A stretch of DNA of 64,000 bases, taken from IMG/VR virus record IMGVR_UViG_3300035490_000050, positions 32,001-96,000 of that record, one strand, 5' to 3'. Both the position numbers and the translations under genes were made by a program. The notes beneath the pieces were generated by a model that worked only from the letters and a program-made list of their open reading frames with translations, did no database searches and was not told where the DNA came from. Below, piece by piece: positions 8,471 through 17,645 of this stretch (position 1 is its first letter; the number at the start of each line of letters is the position of its first letter). Origin of the DNA: a virus.

Positions 8471-11400
8471 ATGAAAAGATTTCTCTTACTTTTGGCGCTT
8501 TTGTTTCCTATCGCGGCTCATACACAGACCGCTGCGTATTCGGGATTTTGCGACCAAGGGGCAACTTCGGCTACAACTTCAGGATTGAATAGCACGAATA
8601 AGCTACAGGGGATTATTCCGTACTGTACTGTGACAGTGTACTTAGACGGTGTGGGTCAGGTTTCCAGTGCATCCTATACGAGCGGAGGAACAATTACCGG
8701 AAATATTGGTCAGACTTGCAATGCAACATTTCTTGGAGGCGGTCCTAGCGGATCGGGAGTGATTGCGTTGACTGGAATAAATACAATAGCTGGAGGGACA
8801 GCATTTTCTATTACACCTCCCGGAGTAGGGATATATCCGACAGCACCAACCACAGCTACACTTACGAGCGGAACTGCCACTTGCTCAGGAACAGCTACGG
8901 TTGTTACTTCGTTAATTCCAATCAAGGCTACGATATACAAAGACGCAGCCAACACGCCGCTGACAAACCCTTACCAAACAACTGTAAACGGGCAGATTAC
9001 TTTCTTTGCAGCGACAGGAGTAGGGTACGACATTGTTAAGTCGGGTGGTATTTATCCGCTTGTTTACACAACTCCACTAACTGTTACGGATTGGATAGCG
9101 GGCGGTGGCGGCATGATCTATCCCGGAGCTAATACTATAGGTGTGGGAAATAGTGGGAATAACGCATGGCGGACTCCGACTTACGGTGACATTCTGGCTC
9201 TGTGGAGCGGGATCAAGGACGCGGAGTATTGTCTTGCTGGGGATGGGACCATGCAGCTTTGCGGCAATCTCATCTCCCTTACCACCACAGGCAACCCCGG
9301 TCCGGCAACGCTCTCTCCTACTGGTGCGCTCAATATCCCTACTGGGGTGAACTGGTTTGGATCGGGGAATGCAAATGTCGGTGGGTCGCTGCCGACAGCA
9401 TCGACAGGAAATTATAATACCGCAAGTGGACAATCCGCTCTAATTGCAGATACGACCGGCAGTTATAACACCGCCCTCGGCTATCAGTCTCTCAACGCTA
9501 ATACGACGGGTGTCACTAACACTGGAATTGGATACGAAGCCTTGCAAAATATGGTGACTGGCCAGGAAGATACTGCCGCTGGCGCTTTCACTCTGACTTT
9601 TGACACAGGCGTCGGGTTTAACACTGCCGTGGGTGAAGGAGCACTGTACAGGAATACGACTGGAGGCTACAACGTCGCCATAGGTGACAGTGCGCTTACA
9701 AACCCAACCACAGCATCGGGAAACACGGCAGTTGGGTACAACTCACTCAATGGTGTGTATGGCGGGTCGAGCGTCGGTGGTGAAAATACGGCGGTAGGTA
9801 ACGGCGCTCTCGTGGCTAACACTACAGGAACCTATAACGTCGCCATCGGAGCGATTGCCGGAAATGGAACACCTGCGCTACAAACGGGAACTTACAACAC
9901 GTACCTCGGTTCCGCCGCTACGGCTAATGCGGACGGCTATACAAACAGCACAGCCGTGGGTCACGGTGCTACAATCACCGCCAACAATCAAGTGACCTTG
10001 GGCAATAGCGCCGTTACCAGCATTACAGCACCAGGCATTGCTCCTTCCAGCGGCGGTCCTGATTGTTTGCAGATCAGTAACGCATCTACGGGCGGGCAAG
10101 TTACAACTGGCGGAACAGGCTGTGCAGTCTACTACAACGTGGTCAACTACGGGGCAGTAGCCGACAAGCAGCCGCTATCCGGGTATCTGGTAGCGAGCTT
10201 GACCGCCAGTAGCACGACACTGACTTGCTCGACCTGCGCGTTTACTACGGCAGCGGTGGGGAAGTACGTCACTTTCCAGCCTTACTTCGATGCTTTTACG
10301 CCGTTTGCTACGACGCCAGCCGTAGCTGAGATCACGGCTTATATCTCAGCCACGCAAGTGACACTTAGTAAGACAGCCGCAAACACGGGTAACTTTAGCA
10401 TTGAGTGGGGCACGGACAATGTACCGGCCTTCAATGCCTGTGCAGCCGACGCAATAGCGAAGACTCTTGGGGGAACCTGCATCATCCCGGCCGGAAACTA
10501 CCTGCTGGCGACCTATCCGTACTACATGCTTAACGACGTAAGCGACGATGGTAGTTACTCAGCCAATCCTGGTGGCTCAGGCGGAACGGTCACTTGTACG
10601 CCGTCTTCTGGATCGCTGACTAGTGGTGGCTGTGTAGTGAGCGGAGGAACGCTTTACAAGCACAGCGCGACTTTGCAAACGAGCTATGCAAGCGGCGGCG
10701 GATGCCCTGGAGTTGGGTGGGGTTATGGTCCGTGCGGGTCGGATGTAGTGGTAACAGTGACAACCAATTCCAGTGGCATCCCCACAACCGCAACGGTGGT
10801 GTATGGTGGCTTCAACATCAACTCCCCGGTAACATTCAATGTGGTTCCTCTCGGTGGCGACGGCGCTACGCTGACCGCTACGGAGACAGGCGGCACAATG
10901 AACACGCCCACCTTGACGGCTGGCGGGGATGGCTATACCGCATCCTCAACAGTGCCCTGGTACGCGATTGGCGGAGGCTGCACGGCCTATGAAGGTGTTG
11001 CGGGCGGCCCTAACCCAGTGGCTTACGGAACCGTGCCAACGAACTCCAACGGCTTTGCTTCCGGTGCAGTGACGGTGACACAGAATGCTACCGGCTGCAC
11101 ATCCAATCCGACTATTGTCACAGGACCGGCGGCTTGCAATACAGGTACACTTGGCAGTCCTGTGTGGGGACAGTGTTCCAACATAGCTCCATTGAATTTA
11201 GTTGCGCTGCCGGTTCAGGTGTTGCTGACTGCGGACGTGAATTTTAACGGAGCTTCGGGAGCGGGAGGTCCAGGAGGCGGCGTCAATCTCTATTCCGTAT
11301 GGGATGGAGTGACCGTGGACAATAACCAGCCCATCATGTTCGGCGGCACGATGCAGTACGAGGATATTGGGCAATTCTCGCTAAACAATGGATTTATGGG

Positions 11401-13216
11401 AATTGCGGCAGTCAACAATGCGAACTACACAAAGATTCACGACATCAACTTCAACACCGCTATCGGAATGTGGACAGCCGCGACCGATATTGGGTTCGTT
11501 GCGGATAACTTTGTATTCAATGGGTATGCGTCATGGATCAATGGCGGCGTCTGGTCACACCGTCTCGATTTCCCGGAAGCTAACGGGGGGTTCTTCGATG
11601 CTTTCGCAGTCAGTAACATTCTAGTCCGGGTTGCAGCCTATGGTGGGCCTGGTTCTATTTCGCAGCAACTCGACGACTGGTTCAACAACAACTTCTGGCA
11701 CGCGGAGTTTAGTGGAGCGAGCACAGACTTTCCCGAGACGTGCAAATTTCCGCAAACTGTGAATCAGCGGCAAACAAGCGCGACTTTTAACATCCCTCAA
11801 AGAGCAAACGATATGTGCTATCGTGGCATCTCTTCTCTAGGCATGGCAATTCTCACAAGGGATGCCAGGAGCACCGGCGCGGCTGAGTTCAACAATCTGC
11901 AAGTAAAGGGCGGCAGCAGATATATCTTCTATGGCAGTATCGGCGCAATGCGTATGACAAACCTCGGCGGCGAGGGTCTGACCCCCATTACGGGGACAAG
12001 TGACCCATACCGCAGCGCCACAACGCAGGAAGGTTGGCTGGTTTATACAGGGGATGGCTCCTCTGCGCCTAGCGAGGGGCCACAAATCAACGGGATAGCA
12101 GCTACCGCAAATTCCAACGTCACGCAGACGTTGTGGGATATTAGCGGTCTACTTGTAGTCGGCACTGCGGGACTGCCGTTCGGCACCAAGTGGTACAACC
12201 TTTCCAATAGCAACACGAATACGAGTCAGACGAGCCAGAATCCCGACTTCAACGATCTTATCTCTTTCTACGGAGGGGCTGAGATGGGAGGGCCGACGCC
12301 GGTTAACTCAACCTCTCCCCCGCTCTACTTCGACGCCTATTACACTAACGCTCTACACAGAGTGGGAGCAGTCGTTGGGGAGATGGGTGGTATGGAGTTC
12401 ATGGACCCGACACTCACAACAGACTGGCTGGATGTGCTAGGCACAGGAGTAACGTTCCACGTTCCTGTGAGTGGCATTACGAGTGTCAACGGTCTGCCGA
12501 TGGGTGTTTATAACACGTACACTTACAACATCGGTGGAGCTATTCCGGGGACTTCCACCGGCCAGTACAATACTGCGAGCGGCTACGGTTCCTTAGTGGC
12601 GCTGACTTCGGGAACCAATAACGTCGCATATGGCGCAGAGACGCTAACAACCAACACTACTACCGGCAGTTATAACGCCGCTTTTGGCACGGGAGCTTTG
12701 CAGTTCACAAACGGAAACTACAATACGGGCATCGGTCAGACCGCCTTGGAGTACAACACCAGCGGCACGAACAACACAGCGGTCGGCGCGCTGGCGAGCG
12801 ATTCCAGGAGTTACCTGTCCGGCTGCTCGTTCTTTGGATACAACTCGCAAGCCTCCGCCGACAGCTTATCTGACTGTATGGCGCTCGGAGCGAACTCGAC
12901 TGTAGGAGCAAGCCATCAAGTAGTAATAGGAGCAAGCACGATTACAAGCACGATACTGCAAGGAGCCGTGCAGATTAACGGCACAATCAATGTGGCAACG
13001 GCGCGAAAGGGAACTTTTGTCTGCACTAGCGGGGGCAGCATCGTAGTTTCAAACGCAAACTATTTGGCAACCTCGGATGTAGTGATTACAAACAATTCTC
13101 CTGGGGGAACTGTGTCTTGGGCCCCAAACATCAAAGCATCCACTCCTGGCACCAGCTTTACTGTCATTTGTGCGACTAGCGACACTAGTACGTACAACTA
13201 TGACATTTTGAATTGA
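8471..13216 (+). CDS. Tailspike / tail fibre with NTAxGxxAL repeats, beta-helix domain and N-terminal signal peptide
   Basis: YNVVNYGAVAD...TDNVPAFNACA...GGTCIIPAGNYL (pectate lyase 3-like start); YadA-head-like repeats; MKRFLLLLALLFPIAAHT N-terminus. Confidence 0.8.
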   Translation: MKRFLLLLALLFPIAAHTQTAAYSGFCDQGATSATTSGLNSTNKLQGIIPYCTVTVYLDGVGQVSSASYTSGGTITGNIGQTCNATFLGGGPSGSGVIALTGINTIAGGTAFSITPPGVGIYPTAPTTATLTSGTATCSGTATVVTSLIPIKATIYKDAANTPLTNPYQTTVNGQITFFAATGVGYDIVKSGGIYPLVYTTPLTVTDWIAGGGGMIYPGANTIGVGNSGNNAWRTPTYGDILALWSGIKDAEYCLAGDGTMQLCGNLISLTTTGNPGPATLSPTGALNIPTGVNWFGSGNANVGGSLPTASTGNYNTASGQSALIADTTGSYNTALGYQSLNANTTGVTNTGIGYEALQNMVTGQEDTAAGAFTLTFDTGVGFNTAVGEGALYRNTTGGYNVAIGDSALTNPTTASGNTAVGYNSLNGVYGGSSVGGENTAVGNGALVANTTGTYNVAIGAIAGNGTPALQTGTYNTYLGSAATANADGYTNSTAVGHGATITANNQVTLGNSAVTSITAPGIAPSSGGPDCLQISNASTGGQVTTGGTGCAVYYNVVNYGAVADKQPLSGYLVASLTASSTTLTCSTCAFTTAAVGKYVTFQPYFDAFTPFATTPAVAEITAYISATQVTLSKTAANTGNFSIEWGTDNVPAFNACAADAIAKTLGGTCIIPAGNYLLATYPYYMLNDVSDDGSYSANPGGSGGTVTCTPSSGSLTSGGCVVSGGTLYKHSATLQTSYASGGGCPGVGWGYGPCGSDVVVTVTTNSSGIPTTATVVYGGFNINSPVTFNVVPLGGDGATLTATETGGTMNTPTLTAGGDGYTASSTVPWYAIGGGCTAYEGVAGGPNPVAYGTVPTNSNGFASGAVTVTQNATGCTSNPTIVTGPAACNTGTLGSPVWGQCSNIAPLNLVALPVQVLLTADVNFNGASGAGGPGGGVNLYSVWDGVTVDNNQPIMFGGTMQYEDIGQFSLNNGFMGIAAVNNANYTKIHDINFNTAIGMWTAATDIGFVADNFVFNGYASWINGGVWSHRLDFPEANGGFFDAFAVSNILVRVAAYGGPGSISQQLDDWFNNNFWHAEFSGASTDFPETCKFPQTVNQRQTSATFNIPQRANDMCYRGISSLGMAILTRDARSTGAAEFNNLQVKGGSRYIFYGSIGAMRMTNLGGEGLTPITGTSDPYRSATTQEGWLVYTGDGSSAPSEGPQINGIAATANSNVTQTLWDISGLLVVGTAGLPFGTKWYNLSNSNTNTSQTSQNPDFNDLISFYGGAEMGGPTPVNSTSPPLYFDAYYTNALHRVGAVVGEMGGMEFMDPTLTTDWLDVLGTGVTFHVPVSGITSVNGLPMGVYNTYTYNIGGAIPGTSTGQYNTASGYGSLVALTSGTNNVAYGAETLTTNTTTGSYNAAFGTGALQFTNGNYNTGIGQTALEYNTSGTNNTAVGALASDSRSYLSGCSFFGYNSQASADSLSDCMALGANSTVGASHQVVIGASTITSTILQGAVQINGTINVATARKGTFVCTSGGSIVVSNANYLATSDVVITNNSPGGTVSWAPNIKASTPGTSFTVICATSDTSTYNYDILN

Positions 13217-13303
13217 GCATAACCGCAGCGCCGCGCATCGCTGGCTTCCCAGTAATCGGAAGGGCCGGGACGAGCAAGGCAAACTGAAAACTGGGGTGAA
13301 GGA

Positions 13304-13810
13304 ATGGAGTCACACGCTGACACCGAAACACAGCGCCAGCATGTTAACCGAATTGAGCGCATGGAGGAGCATGTTGGCACATTGGAGACGAAGATGGAAC
13401 GGGTGATTGAGCGTCAGAATACTGTCTGGTCTGATCTATACGGAGGGGCAGGAGAAACGGGGATAGTAGATACCGTAAAAGCCTCTTTTATTAAATCAGC
13501 AACGATTGCCGAAGTGTCAGAGGCATCGGCAAAAAGGCGGCATAATACAATCCTCATTTTGCTTGCCATTCTCTCGTTGCTTGTTGCGATCGCCGCACTT
13601 CCTCAAGTCGTCAAACTCTTTCATGCCATCACCGACAATGCTCCACAATTATTCACCCCGCAAGGTTTTCACAAAGTGATTGACGCGGCAACGATACCCC
13701 CTGAAGGGCTTACGCGCCGGAAGGATGAACCAGTGTACGCAACCAAGCAATCTACGCAGGACGCCGGAGGATTCAACGCCACTACAATGTGGCAGAAGGA
13801 GAACCAATGA
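13304..13810 (+). CDS. Single-TM coiled-coil protein (lysis-cassette membrane protein)
   Basis: One hydrophobic helix ILILLAILSLLVAIAAL. Confidence 0.6.
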   Translation: MESHADTETQRQHVNRIERMEEHVGTLETKMERVIERQNTVWSDLYGGAGETGIVDTVKASFIKSATIAEVSEASAKRRHNTILILLAILSLLVAIAALPQVVKLFHAITDNAPQLFTPQGFHKVIDAATIPPEGLTRRKDEPVYATKQSTQDAGGFNATTMWQKENQ

Positions 13811-14073
13811 CAGAGCCTATCGTACCGCCGCGCCCGTGGGACCCGCCAGGGCCGATACAGTGCGTCCATTGCGGCGCGAAGCTCAAGGGTACAAAGGTTT
13901 GCCCGAAGTGCGGTAAGAAGCAGGTTCCCGTGGCCGACTTCTCTGTGCAGCAAATCGCGGCAGGGCTGGAGATTCCGAACAACCCCAGCCGTCTGAGCAT
14001 GGTTGCGGAGATTGGCGACCGGGCGCTGGCGAAGGCAGTCGAGGCCAAGCGCGGGCTGAAACCGATCATCTAG
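13807..14073 (+). CDS. Zinc-ribbon protein
   Basis: CVHC...CPKC; AAGGAG RBS; ATGA overlap. Confidence 0.65.
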   Translation: MTEPIVPPRPWDPPGPIQCVHCGAKLKGTKVCPKCGKKQVPVADFSVQQIAAGLEIPNNPSRLSMVAEIGDRALAKAVEAKRGLKPII

Positions 14074-14101
14074 GCGCGCGCAGAAATAGTTTCGCAACCC
14101 C

Positions 14102-14136
14102 TTGACAAGGCGCTGACGTAGGGTACATTATGTACC
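14102..14136 (+). promoter_or_regulatory. Promoter with palindromic operator for leaderless RHH gene
   Basis: TTGACA-16-TACATT overlapped by ggtacat-t-atgtacc. Confidence 0.65.
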
Positions 14137-14137
14137 T

Positions 14138-14272
14138 ATGAGTACCAAGGTTGTCAGATTCGAGCCGGAACTTCACGCCAGAATGAAGGCGCGGGCGGCT
14201 GTCTGCCAGATGACCATCAAGGGCTGGTTGAAGGCGCTGATCGAGGTCGAACTCAAGCGGGAGCCGAAATGA
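14138..14272 (+). CDS. Ribbon-helix-helix (Arc/HicB C-terminal-like) DNA-binding protein
   Basis: MSTKVVRFEPELHARMKARAAVCQMTIKGWLKALIEVELKREPK. Confidence 0.75.
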   Translation: MSTKVVRFEPELHARMKARAAVCQMTIKGWLKALIEVELKREPK

Positions 14273-14487
14273 GCGTCTGTTACATTGCCGCCCCGTTCAT
14301 TCCTTGGTGGGATGAGGCTGAAACAGGACCAGCCCCATTATGTGAAAGATGCGGGGCCGCGATGGTGCGTTTCCCAACACCTACAGACGCACTTCCAGAG
14401 AACACGCCTCCATTGGGTTGGCGTCCTGGCTGGAAATGCCTCTCTTGCGATAATTACCGCGGCGACGAACTCACGGAGCCGCGATGA
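14269..14487 (+). CDS. Zinc-ribbon hypothetical protein
   Basis: CERC...CLSC; ATGA overlap. Confidence 0.6.
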   Translation: MSVCYIAAPFIPWWDEAETGPAPLCERCGAAMVRFPTPTDALPENTPPLGWRPGWKCLSCDNYRGDELTEPR

Positions 14488-14515
14488 TGCCTGTCGAGCG
14501 CGGGAAGGAGCCGAA

Positions 14516-14644
14516 ATGAGCCTGACCTTTTGCATTGTCGGTATCGCGCTGGGCTTTGCGCTTATCATAGCGGGCCTATTTGCAGCCTTTATAGGCGTGG
14601 GAATGCTCCTGGCATGGGCGGAGCGGAAGGAGAACGGAAGATGA
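14516..14644 (+). CDS. Small membrane protein
   Basis: 42 aa hydrophobic; AAGGAG RBS. Confidence 0.55.
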   Translation: MSLTFCIVGIALGFALIIAGLFAAFIGVGMLLAWAERKENGR

Positions 14645-14934
14645 ACTATCTGAGCGCGTGGTTTAAGGCGCACAACTGGAGTACGCACAGCATCGCCGTG
14701 GTGCTGGCCGGACTTGCAACTTTGATTGTTACGGACCCTCAGGCAAAGGCATTCGTGCTGCAATTCTTCAAAAACAACCCTGACCTGGGTACGGCCATCG
14801 TGACGCTGGCGGGCATCTATGTGACCTACAAGACTTCGCACAGCCCCGCCGGAATCGTGGCAGCATCGAAGGCTATCATGTCCAACGGCAACGCCCCCAC
14901 CGCCGCGCAGATAGACGCGGCCACAACGAAGTAA
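14641..14934 (+). CDS. Putative holin
   Basis: 97 aa with two hydrophobic segments; near endolysin. Confidence 0.55.
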   Translation: MNYLSAWFKAHNWSTHSIAVVLAGLATLIVTDPQAKAFVLQFFKNNPDLGTAIVTLAGIYVTYKTSHSPAGIVAASKAIMSNGNAPTAAQIDAATTK

Positions 14935-14961
14935 CCCGCGCTCCGGCGCAAGGAGAACACC

Positions 14962-15561
14962 ATGAAGTATTATGTCTACGCACCGATCATCGCAGTGTTA
15001 TGTGCGCTGATGATCGTTCCCATAACCGCGTGTTCGCCGTCGCAAGCGAATATCAACAAAGCCGTCACTGACATTGGAAACGTGATGGGGATTGTCAACA
15101 CTTCCCTGACCGCTCTCCAGGCTGACATCGCTCTGTTCCCCGCAAACGACCAAACGGTGATTGGGCCTTACGTCTCCAAGGGAATCACGGACAGTGCAGC
15201 GGTCAAGTCTTTGTGTGCAACCTACCTAGCGGCTCCGAGTGCGAGCGTGTTGAGTCAAATCTCTGCCACGTTCTCATCTTTAGCGGCTGATGGAGCATCG
15301 GCAACATTGAGCATTCTGCAAATCAAAGACCCCAATTCGCAGCAGATCGCCAGGGGCATCATAGCCGCTATCGCTACCGCATTAGCTATTGCCAGCGTTT
15401 ATCTGGCTAATACGGGCGTAGCAACTCCGGCCTCGACCACAGCTTCGATTGAGACTATGAAGCCATTTGTAGACCGCGCACAGTTGGCAAATGAACTCCA
15501 GAGAGCGAAGAATCAGGGACTCGCGCCACAGAGCTACACGCTGGCACAGGCTGGATTTTAA
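14962..15561 (+). CDS. Lipoprotein, candidate spanin
   Basis: Signal peptide with ITAC lipobox plus a distal hydrophobic helix. Confidence 0.6.
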   Translation: MKYYVYAPIIAVLCALMIVPITACSPSQANINKAVTDIGNVMGIVNTSLTALQADIALFPANDQTVIGPYVSKGITDSAAVKSLCATYLAAPSASVLSQISATFSSLAADGASATLSILQIKDPNSQQIARGIIAAIATALAIASVYLANTGVATPASTTASIETMKPFVDRAQLANELQRAKNQGLAPQSYTLAQAGF

Positions 15562-15835
15562 TGGCGAACGCCGTCATCAAGTAGGGCGGCGGCAAGGTTG
15601 CGCGGCGGCGTGGATAGGACACGCGGTGAAGACCAGACCGAGGCGCATTGGAACTGCCCACGTGGTGAGCTTTCATACAATGCGCAGCGGCGTAATCTAG
15701 GCCAAAAGCCAAAGGCTGGAGCCGGTATCAAACCCGGCCCGCGCAATAAGTATTTGCTTTATGTGGGAATGTTTCACACTATCCCACACAGGTTGCGCCG
15801 GTCGCGGGATGCGGAGAAACGGCGTAAGGAGACGC

Positions 15836-15934
15836 ATGACCTACAACGCGCAGTGCGCCGCGTTCGTGCTCGTGGTCGCTGGTCTGTGCTGGGCGCTCCT
15901 GCGAGCGGGCATTCAGAGAGGATGGTGGGAGTGA
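15836..15934 (+). CDS. 32 aa membrane peptide
   Basis: MTYNAQCAAFVLVVAGLCWALLRAGIQRGWWE; AAGGAG RBS; abuts endolysin. Confidence 0.55.
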   Translation: MTYNAQCAAFVLVVAGLCWALLRAGIQRGWWE

Positions 15935-16447
15935 ATGGCAGATTTTTCTACTTGTTTAGCTTGGACGTTGACTTTTGAAGACCCATTGCACAAGTACGCT
16001 ACAACTCCTGATTCTCCACTCGGTTCCTATGCTATTGCCGGAATCAACTCTGCCGCATGGCCGAAGGATTTTGCTACAATTAACGCGCTAGGACCAGACT
16101 ATCGACCAGCGGCGGTGGCACAGTTCTATCAAGAAGAATTTTGGAATCAATGGTTTGAGCAATTGACATCAGATGATGTTGCTAAACGTGTCTTTGATGA
16201 AGGAGTAAACGACGGGACTGGACCAGATGTAAAGATTTTCCAGAGAGCGATAAATTCTCTTAGAGGTACGCTTGTTGTCGATGGTCAATTAGGACCGGCT
16301 ACGATGGCGGCTGCAAATAATCTTCCTTCGGATGCTCTTGTAGCCGCGTTTAAGGCAGGGCGAGTGGCTCACTACCAAGCCATTGTTGCCGCCAACCCTG
16401 CGGATGAAAAATATTTAACAGGGTGGCTTGCACGAGCTAATATGTAG
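15935..16447 (+). CDS. Endolysin, glycoside hydrolase 108 with PG-binding domain
   Basis: FY..EFW, VFD.GVN.G, VDG.LGP.T..A.N and GWL.RA motifs. Confidence 0.9.
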   Translation: MADFSTCLAWTLTFEDPLHKYATTPDSPLGSYAIAGINSAAWPKDFATINALGPDYRPAAVAQFYQEEFWNQWFEQLTSDDVAKRVFDEGVNDGTGPDVKIFQRAINSLRGTLVVDGQLGPATMAAANNLPSDALVAAFKAGRVAHYQAIVAANPADEKYLTGWLARANM

Positions 16448-16477
16448 GTTAGAATGTAGACAACGGTCCACCGGGAG

Positions 16478-16506
16478 AGGGGCAGGCTTCGGCTTGCCCC
16501 TTTTTG
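16478..16506 (+). terminator. Intrinsic terminator
   Basis: aggggcaggc-ttcg-gcttgcccct followed by T run. Confidence 0.85.
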
Positions 16507-16522
16507 CGTGTAGGATGATGAT

Positions 16523-16693
16523 GTGCCGACAGAACACTTCAAAGACGAGGAATCGTACCGGAAATCAAGAGCATACACTCATATTCACGGAATCAAAACA
16601 AACGCAAAGTACGTCGTAGTTGGCGGCAAGAAGCACAAGGTTAAGCACAGCAAAAAGAAGTCGGCGCACAAGAAAGTTTCCGCAAAGCGATAA
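16523..16693 (+). CDS. 56 aa basic microprotein ending KKVSAKR
   Basis: GTG start; MPTEHFKDEESYRKSRAYTHIHG...KKSAHKKVSAKR. Confidence 0.7.
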   Translation: MPTEHFKDEESYRKSRAYTHIHGIKTNAKYVVVGGKKHKVKHSKKKSAHKKVSAKR

Positions 16694-16703
16694 GGAGAAA
16701 CCA

Positions 16704-16994
16704 ATGGCAGACGCGACAGACGATTTGATTGACGCAGCATCATTAGGACCGCTGCGTAGGAAGCTAACTGAGTACAACGATAAGATCGACAACGCTTCCG
16801 ACAAGGTTCGGGACGCTTGGAGAGGCAGTCCGTTGAAGAGAGCCATCGATTCCGCTTCCGATGCTTATACGAAGTACACAAGCGGAAACAAGAAAAAAGT
16901 TGCGGGTGGAGATCAGTCGTCAGGATACACCGCGAAGAGTACTCCTCCCAAAAAGAAGACTCCGCAACGCAAGAGGGTGGCGACTAAGAGGTGA
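16704..16994 (+). CDS. Basic-tailed small protein ending RKRVATKR
   Basis: AAGGAG RBS before ATG 16704. Confidence 0.75.
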   Translation: MADATDDLIDAASLGPLRRKLTEYNDKIDNASDKVRDAWRGSPLKRAIDSASDAYTKYTSGNKKKVAGGDQSSGYTAKSTPPKKKTPQRKRVATKR

Positions 16995-16997
16995 GCG

Positions 16998-17231
16998 ATG
17001 AAAAAGAAGGCTAATAAGTGGATTCAGTCTGCGGTGAAGCATGAAGGTTCTCTAACCGCTGCTTCTAAACGTCACGGCGTCTCTGTTCTCTCTGAAGCAA
17101 AGAAAGAGGCACATTCTCCCAATAAAAAGATTGCTGCTAGAGGACGTTTAGCATTGCGCTTCAAGGGTAAAGCCAAGCACGGAAACATCAAAAAGCATCA
17201 CACTAAGAAAAGAGTGGCTGGCAAGGCATGA
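16998..17231 (+). CDS. Basic small protein ending KKRVAGKA
   Basis: KWIQSAVKH.GSL motif; GAGGTG RBS. Confidence 0.8.
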   Translation: MKKKANKWIQSAVKHEGSLTAASKRHGVSVLSEAKKEAHSPNKKIAARGRLALRFKGKAKHGNIKKHHTKKRVAGKA

Positions 17232-17377
17232 GTGAAGTAGACAGTGCGAATCTTGAATTCGTCAGGAAACGCAATGGAGGGAAAAAGGTTGCGTGTGCTG
17301 GAGTACCGAAGTCGGTAGGAAGGAAAACAGGGAGAGGAAAATCCAAGCGGAGGAAGATTTCAAATGGCAAAACGTAA
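17228..17377 (+). CDS. 49 aa basic microprotein ending RRKISNGKT
   Basis: ATGA overlap; fills gap between neighbours. Confidence 0.6.
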   Translation: MSEVDSANLEFVRKRNGGKKVACAGVPKSVGRKTGRGKSKRRKISNGKT

Positions 17378-17636
17378 AAAGAATCGCGGAGAAAACCCAT
17401 CACCTGCTCCCTCGTCTGGAGGTAGCAATATGCACTTAGGAATTGACTCGGCTGAGAACGGATTCACAATCCGTATTAGCGGTAATAAAGATGGGAACTA
17501 CCATGAGAAGACTTTTATTGCCACGTCTCCACGTCAAGCCTTCCGCGTAGCAGCCGCGCACATGACGACGATGGGAAAGAAAAAGGCCGGTAAAAAGTCG
17601 AGAGGAAAGAAGTACACGGCTGGCAAAAAGGTTTAG
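17364..17636 (+). CDS. Basic-tailed small protein ending KKYTAGKKV
   Basis: GGAGG RBS; AENGF motif. Confidence 0.75.
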   Translation: MAKRKKNRGENPSPAPSSGGSNMHLGIDSAENGFTIRISGNKDGNYHEKTFIATSPRQAFRVAAAHMTTMGKKKAGKKSRGKKYTAGKKV

Positions 17637-17645
17637 AATGGACGC

